A DNA stretch of 64,000 nucleotides from Alphaproteobacteria bacterium (GCA_017471445.1 JAFUTJ010000018.1:10871-74870); one strand, 5' to 3'; shown: positions 35,969 through 45,898, counted from the first letter of the stretch. The notes: generated by a model from the letters alone, not told the origin. Made by a program: numbers and translations.

Positions 35969-37363
35969 ATGACAAATACAGAATCTGAAACTTTTGCACG
36001 TGATATAACCGCCGAAAACGACCGACGTAATTTGGACACAATTGACGCAGCATGTCGCAGTGGGCGTATTAATGACACAACCGCAGATTATTTGCGATTG
36101 CTGTATTCCGATTCAATGAATTGGTTTCGTAATGTGTTCTGGGTTCTGGGGAAATGTTTCGGTGCGCCAAAAACCGCAGTTGTGCAGTACAACATTAATT
36201 CTGATGATACAACCGCGCCACGAATGAAAATTGCCGACATTAACCCATTATCGTCATATTTGGTTCAACATCGTTTGGACGCAGACCCCATGCGCAACCA
36301 ATTCTTTACAACAACAAATTGCCATCAAATTGACCTGTCGGTGTCGTCGATTGTCAGTGTGATTGTTGGTGCCCAAAAAAACATTGAACGCGCAATTGAT
36401 AAAATTACTGGGAAATACTATTCGGCATATGCTGATGAATCAATTGAAACCGTACAAAAAATTATTGCGGCAAATATATCAGAACCCGATGCACATTTAA
36501 TTGCATCGCAATTGCGCACAAAATTTGCCAACCAATATATAACGTCGGCCGCAGAAGCGGCATTGGAATTAATTGGTGCGGGCAATGAACGCGTTGCCGC
36601 CGAATTGGTGCGTGCGCTGGACAAAATTACCCCACCACATAAACGCCTGCAAGACGTTTGGCGGGCCAAGTGTCTGTTTGACCTGGTGCCCCAGGCGCGC
36701 ACATTTATTGAACGCATGCGCGAAATTATGCCAGATCGAATAATTTCATGGCGTGACCGTTTTTACGATATGGAAAACACGCGAAATTATCGCGACGCAA
36801 AACTGATTATAAACATCGGCACACATGACAATGTTGTTCCAATGGAAATTATTGTCCAAGTACGTACGTTCTTTGAATTTGAACGTCAAACCCACGCAGC
36901 ATACGAATTAAGCCGTGGGCATGCCCCAAAATGGCGCGATATCGAAGACCAAGTTGCCGAATTCATGGCCGATGGCGTGTGCCAGTATAATTTGATGATA
37001 TGCCGATGCATGGACGATTTATTTGAACGTGTTGGTTGGAATATTTTATACAACCGTGCCGACGATATCGCCATGTTCGAAGGGTTCCCGCACGATTGCC
37101 ACCTGTATTACCCGGCACAAATACTGGACAAAATAACTGATAAATTGGATACCGCGGTTCGCAATGAAATCTTTCATATCACAGATTCACCGGTAAAACT
37201 GACCCGGGCCCAAGAAATTATGATTTTCCGATATATGGCGCGATTTGTTCTAATTTCGGCAATGCCGTATGCACGGTCGGATTGGACGGTGCCGTCTGAT
37301 ACACTGGCCGGGAAATTATTTAACTTTGTTATGAAAGAGGTTCAGCGTTATTACAAGAAATAA
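35969..37363 (+). CDS. hypothetical protein with a distant RelA/SpoT-like (RSH) nucleotidyltransferase motif
   Basis: EIIVQVRTFFEFERQTHAAYE (36845-36904) resembles the E-x-Q-x-RT...H...Y synthetase motif. Upstream DVWRAK and YRDAKLII resemble the DxxGxR and YxSxH strands. Confidence 0.35.
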   Translation: MTNTESETFARDITAENDRRNLDTIDAACRSGRINDTTADYLRLLYSDSMNWFRNVFWVLGKCFGAPKTAVVQYNINSDDTTAPRMKIADINPLSSYLVQHRLDADPMRNQFFTTTNCHQIDLSVSSIVSVIVGAQKNIERAIDKITGKYYSAYADESIETVQKIIAANISEPDAHLIASQLRTKFANQYITSAAEAALELIGAGNERVAAELVRALDKITPPHKRLQDVWRAKCLFDLVPQARTFIERMREIMPDRIISWRDRFYDMENTRNYRDAKLIINIGTHDNVVPMEIIVQVRTFFEFERQTHAAYELSRGHAPKWRDIEDQVAEFMADGVCQYNLMICRCMDDLFERVGWNILYNRADDIAMFEGFPHDCHLYYPAQILDKITDKLDTAVRNEIFHITDSPVKLTRAQEIMIFRYMARFVLISAMPYARSDWTVPSDTLAGKLFNFVMKEVQRYYKK

Positions 37364-37406
37364 TGTTGGGCTGTACTTTTATAAAAATAAGGTCTATAAT
37401 TTGCAC

Positions 37407-38447
37407 ATGTTTAGTTTTATAAAATCTTGGTTTATGCCGCGCGCGAATGTTATGACCGCCGGCGAAGTTGCCGAAAAATTCGGTCTGGAATTACGCGGTG
37501 ATAAAAATGCGGTTATTCGCGGTGTTGCACCAATTGCGGATGCGCGCCCGGGGCAACTCGCGTTCTATTCTACCGAACAAAACAGTGCCGCATTCAAGAT
37601 TTTACCAATTGACGTATTACGCAATACGCGCGCAACGGTAATATTGTTACAACCGGAACAAATTAACGATGCGCCAAATGGGGCAACACTGTTAATTACC
37701 GATACGCCACGCGGGAATATTGTAAAAATATTGGGTAAAATTTATCGTGAACCACCGCGCCGCGGTATCAGTCGCCGTGCCACAATTGAACGTGGTGTGT
37801 TTATGCGCAAACGTAAAACCGTATATGTTGGACAATACGCCACAATTGAACGCGGTGCAGTTATTGAAAGCGACGTAAAAATATATCCCGGCGCATTTAT
37901 TGGCCGCAATGTAACAATTGGCCGCGGCACTGTTGTTGGTCACGGTGCACACATTGAAAATGCAACCATTGGTGCCGAATGCGTGATTCATTCGGGTGCG
38001 GTTATTGGCAAAGATGGCTTTGGTTACACCCGGCAAAATGGCCACAATGTGTTTATTCCACATGTTGGGCGTGTTGTATTGGGCGACCGCGTATCGGTTG
38101 GTGCAAATACTTGCATTGACCGCGGTGCAATGACCGACACAACCATTGGCGACGGAACCAAAATTGATAACCTGTGCCAAATTGCACATGGCGTTGTTGT
38201 TGGTGCCGAATGTTTCTTGGCATCGGGTGTTGGATTAACCGGCGGTGTAAAAATCGGCGACCGTACATTACTGGCCGGTCAGGTTGGTGTTGCAAACGGC
38301 GTACACATTGGCAACGATGTTGAAATTGGCGCAAAATCCGGCGTATTCCGCGATATTCCCGACGGCGAACGCCAAATGGGATTCCCGGCGGTTGCAGGAA
38401 CGGAATTCTGGCGACACTATATATGGCTAAAAAAGAACGCAAAATAA
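37407..38447 (+). CDS. lpxD: UDP-3-O-acylglucosamine N-acyltransferase
   Basis: Hexapeptide repeats throughout. Start is uncertain: TTG 37401, ATG 37407, or ATG 37452, the last fitting E. coli LpxD best. Confidence 0.85.
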   Translation: MFSFIKSWFMPRANVMTAGEVAEKFGLELRGDKNAVIRGVAPIADARPGQLAFYSTEQNSAAFKILPIDVLRNTRATVILLQPEQINDAPNGATLLITDTPRGNIVKILGKIYREPPRRGISRRATIERGVFMRKRKTVYVGQYATIERGAVIESDVKIYPGAFIGRNVTIGRGTVVGHGAHIENATIGAECVIHSGAVIGKDGFGYTRQNGHNVFIPHVGRVVLGDRVSVGANTCIDRGAMTDTTIGDGTKIDNLCQIAHGVVVGAECFLASGVGLTGGVKIGDRTLLAGQVGVANGVHIGNDVEIGAKSGVFRDIPDGERQMGFPAVAGTEFWRHYIWLKKNAK

Positions 38448-38460
38448 TGGGGTAAAAAAT

Positions 38461-38898
38461 ATGATTGACGCAACGGGCATTGAAAAAGTGATTCCACATC
38501 GCGGTGATATGCGCATGATTGATGAAATTCGCGAATACACCGAAAGCAGTGGTGTTGGTATTCACTATGTGCGCGATAATGAATTCTGGTGCACTGGCCA
38601 CTTTCCCGGTAACCCGATTATGCCCGGCGTTTTACAAATCGAAGCCCTGGCTCAAACCGCATGCTTTATCACGTTCAAGAAATTGGGCGTTACGTATGAA
38701 AACACACTTGGGTTCTTTACCGCAATGGAAAAGATTAAGTTTTCACAAATGGTAAAACCGGGCGATATGTTGGAATTACACGTTGAAACAATTATGTCAA
38801 AAATGACAATGTATAAATTCCACGGAATCGCAATGGTATGTGGCAAAAAGGTAGCCGAGGCGACATTTACCGCGATTATGCAAACAACCGCGAAATAA
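38461..38898 (+). CDS. fabZ: 3-hydroxyacyl-ACP dehydratase
   Basis: IPHRGDMRMID...HFPGNPIMPGVLQIEALAQ. Confidence 0.9.
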   Translation: MIDATGIEKVIPHRGDMRMIDEIREYTESSGVGIHYVRDNEFWCTGHFPGNPIMPGVLQIEALAQTACFITFKKLGVTYENTLGFFTAMEKIKFSQMVKPGDMLELHVETIMSKMTMYKFHGIAMVCGKKVAEATFTAIMQTTAK

Positions 38899-38950
38899 AA
38901 AACTGGACAACCGGCATTTTTTATTTTAATATCGTTTGGCTTTGAGTTAT

Positions 38951-39026
38951 GGATGATTAGCTCAGTTGGTAGAGCATCTGCTTTACACGCAGAGGGTCAG
39001 CGGTTCGAGTCCGTTATCATCCACCA
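38951..39026 (+). tRNA. tRNA-Val (anticodon TAC)
   Basis: Hand-folded 76-nt cloverleaf: GGATGAT acceptor, anticodon loop UUUACAC, encoded CCA. Confidence 0.9.
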
Positions 39027-39044
39027 TTCTTTTTAGAATATATC

Positions 39045-39073
39045 ACATCACGATTGTTCAGTGATGTTTTTTT
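39045..39073 (+). terminator. terminator after tRNA-Val
   Basis: ACATCAC-N9-GTGATGT followed by T7. Confidence 0.7.
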
Positions 39074-40094
39074 ATTCCCGCCCATAAATAAATTCACCGG
39101 TGCCCAAATTTGGGTAAAATTTTTGTTCAACCATGTCCCACATACCATTAGACGGCACAACATAATCACCAATACGCATACCACGCGGAATTGGCACATA
39201 TCGGCGAATAACAGATTGGTCATCACTAAAATTCGCATAATAGATTTTTGCCATACTATATTCCGTTGGATAACCGTTATTGCTATGTGCTGCGAATAAA
39301 TATACAGATACATTGGCTTTAATAGATTCTAAACCCAGCATCCCCGATGCGATTCCTGATATAGAAAATTTTTTGGTATTCATAAAATTTACATCACAAA
39401 TATGTCGTTCTGAATCAGATGCTTTTTCATGCCAGTCACAACCCAATGAATTACGGTGCGCAACACAAAATGGTGCACGTGCTATTGCACCCTGATGCGC
39501 CAACAAAAAATTGGGATTCCACACACCAAACACTGCGGCATCCGCTTTCCGTGTAATGTTTTCTGGGGTAAATGCAAAATCAATTTGTACACCGGTATTA
39601 CTGATTGGTATTATGTTGGTATCAATATATTGCGTTCCGGTGCTTTCCAAATACACATATGGGTCGGCATTAATCAGTTTACCGCCCGCAATTGTGTATA
39701 ACGAACTGTAATCTGCGTGTAATACAATGTCGTGCGTATATGCGTACGGAATTGTTGTGTTTGATGTAATAATTGTGTCACTGTCATCAACACGCCATGC
39801 GGGCGCATTGTTACAACCAACACCGGTTGTAAAGTTATTACCATACGCGGTGCTTTGTTGTGTTGGCGCATTCCCACCCGCCGGACAATCGTATGTTACC
39901 CTATATTGTTTCGGTATACAGAACTTTACATTTTCTGGTAATTCGGCATTTGCGAAATTGCCAACACAAAGGCCAAAACATAAAACACAAATGGCATTGA
40001 ATCCCACACGGCACATGGTTTCATGCGTATCTGTAACATTCTTGCCACCACACCTTGTTACCCTGCCCTTTGTTTCACATATACCATGTAACAT
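39072..40094 (-). CDS. secreted protein: beta-repeat-like N-module plus unknown C-domain
   Basis: Start set to ATG 40094, which has SD AAGGAGAG (the ORF-track ATG 40121 lies in the terminator U-tract). Signal-like CVLCFGLCVGNFANA. QYRVTYDC...YGNNFTT...AW module. Confidence 0.6.
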   Translation of the reverse strand: MLHGICETKGRVTRCGGKNVTDTHETMCRVGFNAICVLCFGLCVGNFANAELPENVKFCIPKQYRVTYDCPAGGNAPTQQSTAYGNNFTTGVGCNNAPAWRVDDSDTIITSNTTIPYAYTHDIVLHADYSSLYTIAGGKLINADPYVYLESTGTQYIDTNIIPISNTGVQIDFAFTPENITRKADAAVFGVWNPNFLLAHQGAIARAPFCVAHRNSLGCDWHEKASDSERHICDVNFMNTKKFSISGIASGMLGLESIKANVSVYLFAAHSNNGYPTEYSMAKIYYANFSDDQSVIRRYVPIPRGMRIGDYVVPSNGMWDMVEQKFYPNLGTGEFIYGRE

Positions 40095-40415
40095 AATATG
40101 CCTCTCCTTTTTCTTAATCATGAATAAAAAAACACCGCCGGTGGGAACAACGGCGGTCGGGGATTAAGAAAATCATAACAAACAATGATCCCGTGACCTT
40201 TGGACAGGTGCCCTGTTATATAATCACAGCCCCCCGACCGTCAAAAAAAATGTTGGTCGGGCGATAAAATACATGGCGCACATGCGCCGACGTATTCTTC
40301 GTACATCGGATTACGGTATGATCACACCGGTTTGTTATGGGCTTTCTTACGACCCCGAACCCGTCATCCACACGGATTCATTACGAATACTACAAAAAAG
40401 CACAAATAAATACAA
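40095..40415 (-). promoter_or_regulatory. promoter plus ~285-nt structured leader (copy A of a repeated leader)
   Basis: TTGTAT (40415-40410), 17-nt spacer, TAGTAT (40392-40387). Segments 1 CCCGACC, 2 GGUCGGGG, 3 CCCCGACC, 4 terminator. Shares blocks with 14331-14608. Confidence 0.6.
40126..40157 (-). terminator. leader (attenuator) terminator of copy A
   Basis: ACCGCCG-N10-CGGCGGT followed by GU7, about 30 nt upstream of ATG 40094. Confidence 0.65.
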
Positions 40416-40422
40416 GCGTATT

Positions 40423-40941
40423 TTATCGTGAACGCGTGGTAATGCGACGGCGATACATTTTTACACTGTCGCGTGCATCGGCCAATTCAATACGTAATTT
40501 GTCATTTTCCATACGGTATAAATTACTGGCTGCGGAATTTAATACATTGCGGTTTTGCATATTTTCAGAACGCAACACCCGAATTGAATCACAAACGGAC
40601 GAAACACTGTCATAATCAATGCTTAATCTTTCTATCGCAACGTCCAGATTATCAACACGTTCCGTAAATTTGCGCAAAGAATCCATCGTATTAGAATCAC
40701 ATTCGGTTGTTGCACAATACATATTTATTTGATTGGTAACATCAACTAATTTCGCATGCACAACATTAACCCGCCCCATGTCCGGCGTGGCCGGTTTTAC
40801 ATCCTGTTCGGTGGTCGACCTGAAACCACGTGTGGCAACAATGCCGATTAATAAACCAACGCCAATTCCGCCGCCCAAGAACAATAAATCACGTGATATT
40901 CTGCGCATAGTTAACCTGTTTTTGCGGCTGATTTTTAACAC
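40423..40941 (-). CDS. hypothetical single-pass membrane coiled-coil protein
   Basis: TM segment LLFLGGGIGVGLLIGIVA, then helical heptad-like sequence. No known motif. Confidence 0.5.
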   Translation of the reverse strand: MLKISRKNRLTMRRISRDLLFLGGGIGVGLLIGIVATRGFRSTTEQDVKPATPDMGRVNVVHAKLVDVTNQINMYCATTECDSNTMDSLRKFTERVDNLDVAIERLSIDYDSVSSVCDSIRVLRSENMQNRNVLNSAASNLYRMENDKLRIELADARDSVKMYRRRITTRSR

Positions 40942-41006
40942 AAATGCACAAAATTGTCAACCAGCAACATAAAAAATTAAAATAAATCGCGCATATTATG
41001 GTATAA

Positions 41007-42794
41007 TTGGGCCAAAGGACAAAAACATTGCCACGTCAAACACCGCCTGATTCCGACAAGACCAAGCCCCAGCCAACATCATGGCGGCGGCGGTTAGTGG
41101 TATATTTATTAAACATAATAATGTTTGGGGTAATTGGAATTGCAGGGTACGTCAGTTATATATACCTGGACATGCCATCATTAGATGCGATATTGCACGA
41201 AACGCGCGATGCAGCGGTTGTCTTCTTGGACCGGGATGGTCGCGAAATACGCAGTGTTAACCGCATAATGGGCATGCCGGTGTCGGTTGATACGTTGCCG
41301 CCGTACGTGTGGCAATCAATAATCGCAATTGAAGACAAACGTTTCTTTCAACACGGGCCCGTTGATATGCGTGGTATTACGCGCGCAATGGTTGGTAACC
41401 TGGCCCGGGGACGCATTGCGGCGGGCGGTTCATCAATTACCCAACAAACGGCCAAGAATATATTCCTGACGCGGGACAAAAAAATATCACGCAAGGTTCA
41501 GGAATTAATATTGTCATATTGGCTGGAAAACCGGTTTGATAAAAATCAGATTCTGGATTTATACATGAACCGCGTGTCGCTGGTTGGTGGCATGCGCGGC
41601 ATTGACGCCGCGGCGCGCGCCATGTTCGGCGTTGGTGCAGCCGATATGACATTGGCGCAAAGCGTACAAATTACCGCGATGTTAAAAGCGCCAACATCGT
41701 ACAGCCCACTGCGCAACCCAGAACGCAACATTGCGCGCGCACGTGTAATATTGGCCGAAATGGTACGCCAGGGGTATATAACACTGGCCGCGGCACGCGA
41801 TGCGGCGCACGAATTGGCACCGGCACGTCCAACACCCGACACAAACGTATACCGTTATTGGACAGACTTTGTCCTGGACGAGGTTTATTCGCGCCTGGGG
41901 ACGGTATCATCAGATTTATATGTGTATACAACACTAAATCGGCAATTACAGGAACATGTCGCCGCCACATTGCCAAAAAAACTGACCGGGTACCAGGGTG
42001 CGGTTATTGCCATGGAATACGATGGCGCGGTTCGCGCAATGTCCGGCGGTGCCGATTACCAGGCCAGCCAATTTAACCGCGCAACCGCCCCCCGCCAACC
42101 GGGCAGTGCGTTTAAACCGGTGGTATACCTGGTTGCACTGGAAAACGGCATGACACCCAACACCATGGTGAACGATGCGCCATTTGCAATTGGGGATTAC
42201 AACCCACAAAACTATAACAAACGATATTACGGCGATATTACATTGGCCACGGCATTCGCAAAAAGCGTGAATTCGGTGCCACTGAAACTAACCCAAAAAT
42301 ATGGGATTGATGCGGTGCTGAATATGGCGGGACGACTGGGTGTTGGCACAAAACTGCGACGGGAATATTCAACCGTTTTGGGCGCATCAGAAATGACACT
42401 GATTGATTTGACAAACATATATGCGGTTATTTGGAATAATGGTGAATCTGTGCGGCCATATTCAATAACAAAAATTACCGATGCGTCGGGCACAATTCTG
42501 TACGAACGTAACCCATCTGACCCAATTCATATATTGGGCGACGAAACCATCGAATACATGACACAAATGATGGGGGATGTTGTAACAACCGGCACCGGAA
42601 AACGCGCCAATGCCGAACATGTTCGTGGCGGTAAAACCGGTACCAGTAACAATAACCGTGACGCATGGTTTGTTGGCGCAACCGACAAATTGGTTATTGG
42701 TGTATGGGTTGGTAACGATGATTTTACACCCATGGAATCATCCATCACAGGCGGTACAATACCGGCCGAAATCTTTCATGATATTGTAAATTAA
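41007..42794 (+). CDS. bifunctional penicillin-binding protein 1A (GT51 transglycosylase / transpeptidase)
   Basis: EDKRFFQHGPVD, GGSSITQQ and RKVQE (GT51). SAFKP, SVN and KTGTS (transpeptidase). Start uncertain: TTG 41007 overlaps a TATAAT box, and TTG 41028 has an AAAGGA SD. Confidence 0.85.
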   Translation: MGQRTKTLPRQTPPDSDKTKPQPTSWRRRLVVYLLNIIMFGVIGIAGYVSYIYLDMPSLDAILHETRDAAVVFLDRDGREIRSVNRIMGMPVSVDTLPPYVWQSIIAIEDKRFFQHGPVDMRGITRAMVGNLARGRIAAGGSSITQQTAKNIFLTRDKKISRKVQELILSYWLENRFDKNQILDLYMNRVSLVGGMRGIDAAARAMFGVGAADMTLAQSVQITAMLKAPTSYSPLRNPERNIARARVILAEMVRQGYITLAAARDAAHELAPARPTPDTNVYRYWTDFVLDEVYSRLGTVSSDLYVYTTLNRQLQEHVAATLPKKLTGYQGAVIAMEYDGAVRAMSGGADYQASQFNRATAPRQPGSAFKPVVYLVALENGMTPNTMVNDAPFAIGDYNPQNYNKRYYGDITLATAFAKSVNSVPLKLTQKYGIDAVLNMAGRLGVGTKLRREYSTVLGASEMTLIDLTNIYAVIWNNGESVRPYSITKITDASGTILYERNPSDPIHILGDETIEYMTQMMGDVVTTGTGKRANAEHVRGGKTGTSNNNRDAWFVGATDKLVIGVWVGNDDFTPMESSITGGTIPAEIFHDIVN

Positions 42795-42805
42795 AGGAAT
42801 GGTAA

Positions 42806-44581
42806 ATGAACAGTACAAAATTACCAAAATCTTTGTGGCGTTTTTATTTTGCATATGGTGCACGCGGACACTGGGGGACATTGGCAATATGGTTTATTGC
42901 ATTTTTGGGTGTCGCGGCCGACGGTGTATTATTTCCAATGATTGAACGTTGGTTTATCGCTTTGTTTGAACAAACACCGCCCGCAGGTATATCATTTATT
43001 GAATTTGCAATGCCAACCATTATATTGTGCGTTTCGTTATTCATCTTAATTGATTTAATGAATATTTTGCGTGGTGTTATGCACGGACGATGGAATCCAA
43101 AAATATCAAACCAAATAAGTGATATATTAACAGATTACGTACATCATCAGTCTATGTCGTTTTGGACCGGACGTATGCCAGGAAAAATAAATTCGCAGAT
43201 AAATTATGTTGCGACCGGATTTCGTACAATTGAAAAATTTATAAATATGTTTATGTCAATGATGATAATAATTGTAAACGTTGGCATTGTCTTAAACATA
43301 AACAAATACGTTGCATTTATATTCGCGGCGGTTTTTGTATTCAGAATGATATATGGATTGGCATTATTGCGCCCGATGAACCGCAGTTCTGCAAACGCCA
43401 GTGATTCCAGCAGCACATTATCCGGCAAGATTGTTGACAGTATTTCTAATTATTCTGTGGTAAAATTGTTTGCGGCGGCGACATCTGAACGAAAATATAT
43501 GGCACCACACCGCATCGCAAATATAAAAAACAAAATAACCGCACAATTTTTCCAGCGATTATTCTGGGCCGTACCAAATATTGTATGGAATTTCGCATTT
43601 GGCGGCGTAATGTTATGTTGTGTGATTCTGTATTCACGTGGTGAAATATTGGTATCAGAAATTGTATTTACAATATCTGTGTTCTTTAACGTTATGTTTC
43701 GTATTTCGCATATTATTGGCGAAATCCCAGACATCGTTGATAATATCAGCAGTGCACACAAATCATACACAGAATTAGTTCAACCCATTGATGTAATGGA
43801 TGCAGACAATGCAAAAATATTAAATGTTAAACATGGCGAAATTGAATTCCGTAATGTCAGTTTCAAGTACAAAAACAAATATATATTGCGTAATTTATCA
43901 TTAAAGATTGCACCGGGTACACGGATTGGTCTGGTTGGGGCATCGGGTGCCGGGAAAACAACACTGGTTAATCTGTTAATGCGATTATATGATACAACAT
44001 CTGGCGACATACTGGTTGATGGGCAAAATATACGCGATGTAACCCAGGATTCATTGCGTCAAAATATTTCATTTATTCCCCAAGAACCAACAATGTTTAA
44101 TCGTACACTGCGCGAAAATATTGCATACGGTAATCCAAACGCAACAAATGCCCAAATACGTCATGCCGCCCGCCAGGCCGCCGCAGATAAATTCATAACG
44201 GCAACAGAACAGAAATACAATTCGATGGTCGGCGACCGCGGAATAAAATTGTCGGGTGGGCAACGACAACGGGTTGCAATTGCACGCGCATTCCTGAAAA
44301 ATGCACCAATTTTAATTCTGGACGAAGCAACATCTGCCCTGGATTCACAGACCGAGGTTGAAATACAAAAATCGTTCGAAAAATTGGCACGTGGCCGCAC
44401 CACAATTGCAATTGCGCACCGATTATCAACACTGCGCAATATGGACGTAATTGTTGTTATTGAACGCGGACGCATACTGGAAATGGGAACGCATACACAA
44501 TTAATACGACGCGGTGGCGAATACGCCAGATTATGGAAAATGCAAAGTGGCGGATTCTTACAAACCAATGACAGGAAATAA
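42806..44581 (+). CDS. ABC exporter, fused permease/ATPase (MsbA-like)
   Basis: Six-TM N-domain. GASGAGKTT, LSGGQRQRVAIARA, ILILDEATSALD. Confidence 0.85.
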   Translation: MNSTKLPKSLWRFYFAYGARGHWGTLAIWFIAFLGVAADGVLFPMIERWFIALFEQTPPAGISFIEFAMPTIILCVSLFILIDLMNILRGVMHGRWNPKISNQISDILTDYVHHQSMSFWTGRMPGKINSQINYVATGFRTIEKFINMFMSMMIIIVNVGIVLNINKYVAFIFAAVFVFRMIYGLALLRPMNRSSANASDSSSTLSGKIVDSISNYSVVKLFAAATSERKYMAPHRIANIKNKITAQFFQRLFWAVPNIVWNFAFGGVMLCCVILYSRGEILVSEIVFTISVFFNVMFRISHIIGEIPDIVDNISSAHKSYTELVQPIDVMDADNAKILNVKHGEIEFRNVSFKYKNKYILRNLSLKIAPGTRIGLVGASGAGKTTLVNLLMRLYDTTSGDILVDGQNIRDVTQDSLRQNISFIPQEPTMFNRTLRENIAYGNPNATNAQIRHAARQAAADKFITATEQKYNSMVGDRGIKLSGGQRQRVAIARAFLKNAPILILDEATSALDSQTEVEIQKSFEKLARGRTTIAIAHRLSTLRNMDVIVVIERGRILEMGTHTQLIRRGGEYARLWKMQSGGFLQTNDRK

Positions 44582-44633
44582 AAAAATCAAAATCCGTTTT
44601 TATCGGGTGCATTTTTATGATATAATACCGTGT

Positions 44634-45617
44634 ATGAAAGAAAGGTTATTGTTTATTTTACCAATTGTACTGTGCACGACAATCCATTCTGCGAATGCTG
44701 ATTGGCAGTATCGTGGCACATATATTGGCGATGGCGCATACACCGATGACGGGTCGCGGTTTGTTTTATCGCTGCGTGGTGGCGCGTCGTTTGGCATGGG
44801 AAAAATACAAAACGATATTGGCGCGTTAACAACCGGCTATTACCTGAATGAAAGCAGTGGTATCGTCGTTTCTGATGCATATTATGAATCATGCGTTGCA
44901 AATGGCGGTTGTACCAGCGGCTTTGTTGATGCCGGAATTGGCAGTTTGGCAACCCTGCCGGCCAAGGATAATTTTGAGGCGTTATCATTTACGGCGGGCG
45001 CATCACTGGGGTGGACATTGCCCAATCGTCCGCAATGGCGGATAGAAGCGGCATGGGACCACATGGCCGAAAGTGAATATAATGCCAGCCCCATATTCGA
45101 AGGCGAACTGGGGTTGAGTGGTGGCGACATTGCGGGACTGACCGTGCATGCGCAAAGCGGCGGTGTGGAATCAACCATAACCACCGATGTTATCAGTGCG
45201 ATGATTACATATGATTTTTATGACGGTCTGCAAAAACCGGTTGGCAAGATTATTCCGTACCTGGGCCTGGGGGTTGGTTACGCGTTAAGTAAAACAATTA
45301 TGAATTTATCTGACCCGTATGGCGATTTGTCGGCGGACGTTGATTTGCGCGAAAACTTTGGAACCGAAGGTGATTACGGTGTTGTTCAATTTTATCGTTC
45401 CGAATATACAACATCAAACATTTCTGGGTTGATTGTTGCTGGACTGTCATACGGACTTAGCGATAATGTATTTGTTGATTTGGCGGCGCGTATTATGTAT
45501 GTACCAAACGCAAAGTGGGTCTTGCAAAACAACGATGAAACCCGTCACCGCGATTGGTTCAGTGCCCAAGATTTAATATATGCAAACTTTACATTGGGTC
45601 TGCGGTTCGAATTTTAG
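44634..45617 (+). CDS. outer membrane beta-barrel protein
   Basis: Signal peptide MKERLLFILPIVLCTTIHSANA. Alternating beta-strand pattern. C-terminal LGLRFEF. Confidence 0.7.
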   Translation: MKERLLFILPIVLCTTIHSANADWQYRGTYIGDGAYTDDGSRFVLSLRGGASFGMGKIQNDIGALTTGYYLNESSGIVVSDAYYESCVANGGCTSGFVDAGIGSLATLPAKDNFEALSFTAGASLGWTLPNRPQWRIEAAWDHMAESEYNASPIFEGELGLSGGDIAGLTVHAQSGGVESTITTDVISAMITYDFYDGLQKPVGKIIPYLGLGVGYALSKTIMNLSDPYGDLSADVDLRENFGTEGDYGVVQFYRSEYTTSNISGLIVAGLSYGLSDNVFVDLAARIMYVPNAKWVLQNNDETRHRDWFSAQDLIYANFTLGLRFEF

Positions 45618-45898
45618 TAAACAACGTACACGTCGCATCACGCGGATAATACAGAACATATAACATAAATACAAAACCAAAAAGTTTCTTGATTAACGAT
45701 AAAATATAAATATAATTAATGCATCAATCTTTGCAGGCCTTTATTGGTTTGCATGATATTTCCAAATGCGTATAGTTTATTATAGAATTGCATATGGATT
45801 GCCGCGCCACCACAGATTCACTACGAATAAAGATATTTTTTATTGGCAATGAATTGTGTGGTTGGCGCAAATGTTGAACAAAAATAAAAGGATTAAAT

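Noticed and set aside
38053-38601. 182-aa minus-strand ORF
   Set aside because: Antisense across the lpxD/fabZ junction. Both of those are confidently identified.
40337-40615. 92-aa plus-strand ORF
   Set aside because: Antisense to leader A and to the 3' end of 40423-40941. No start signals.
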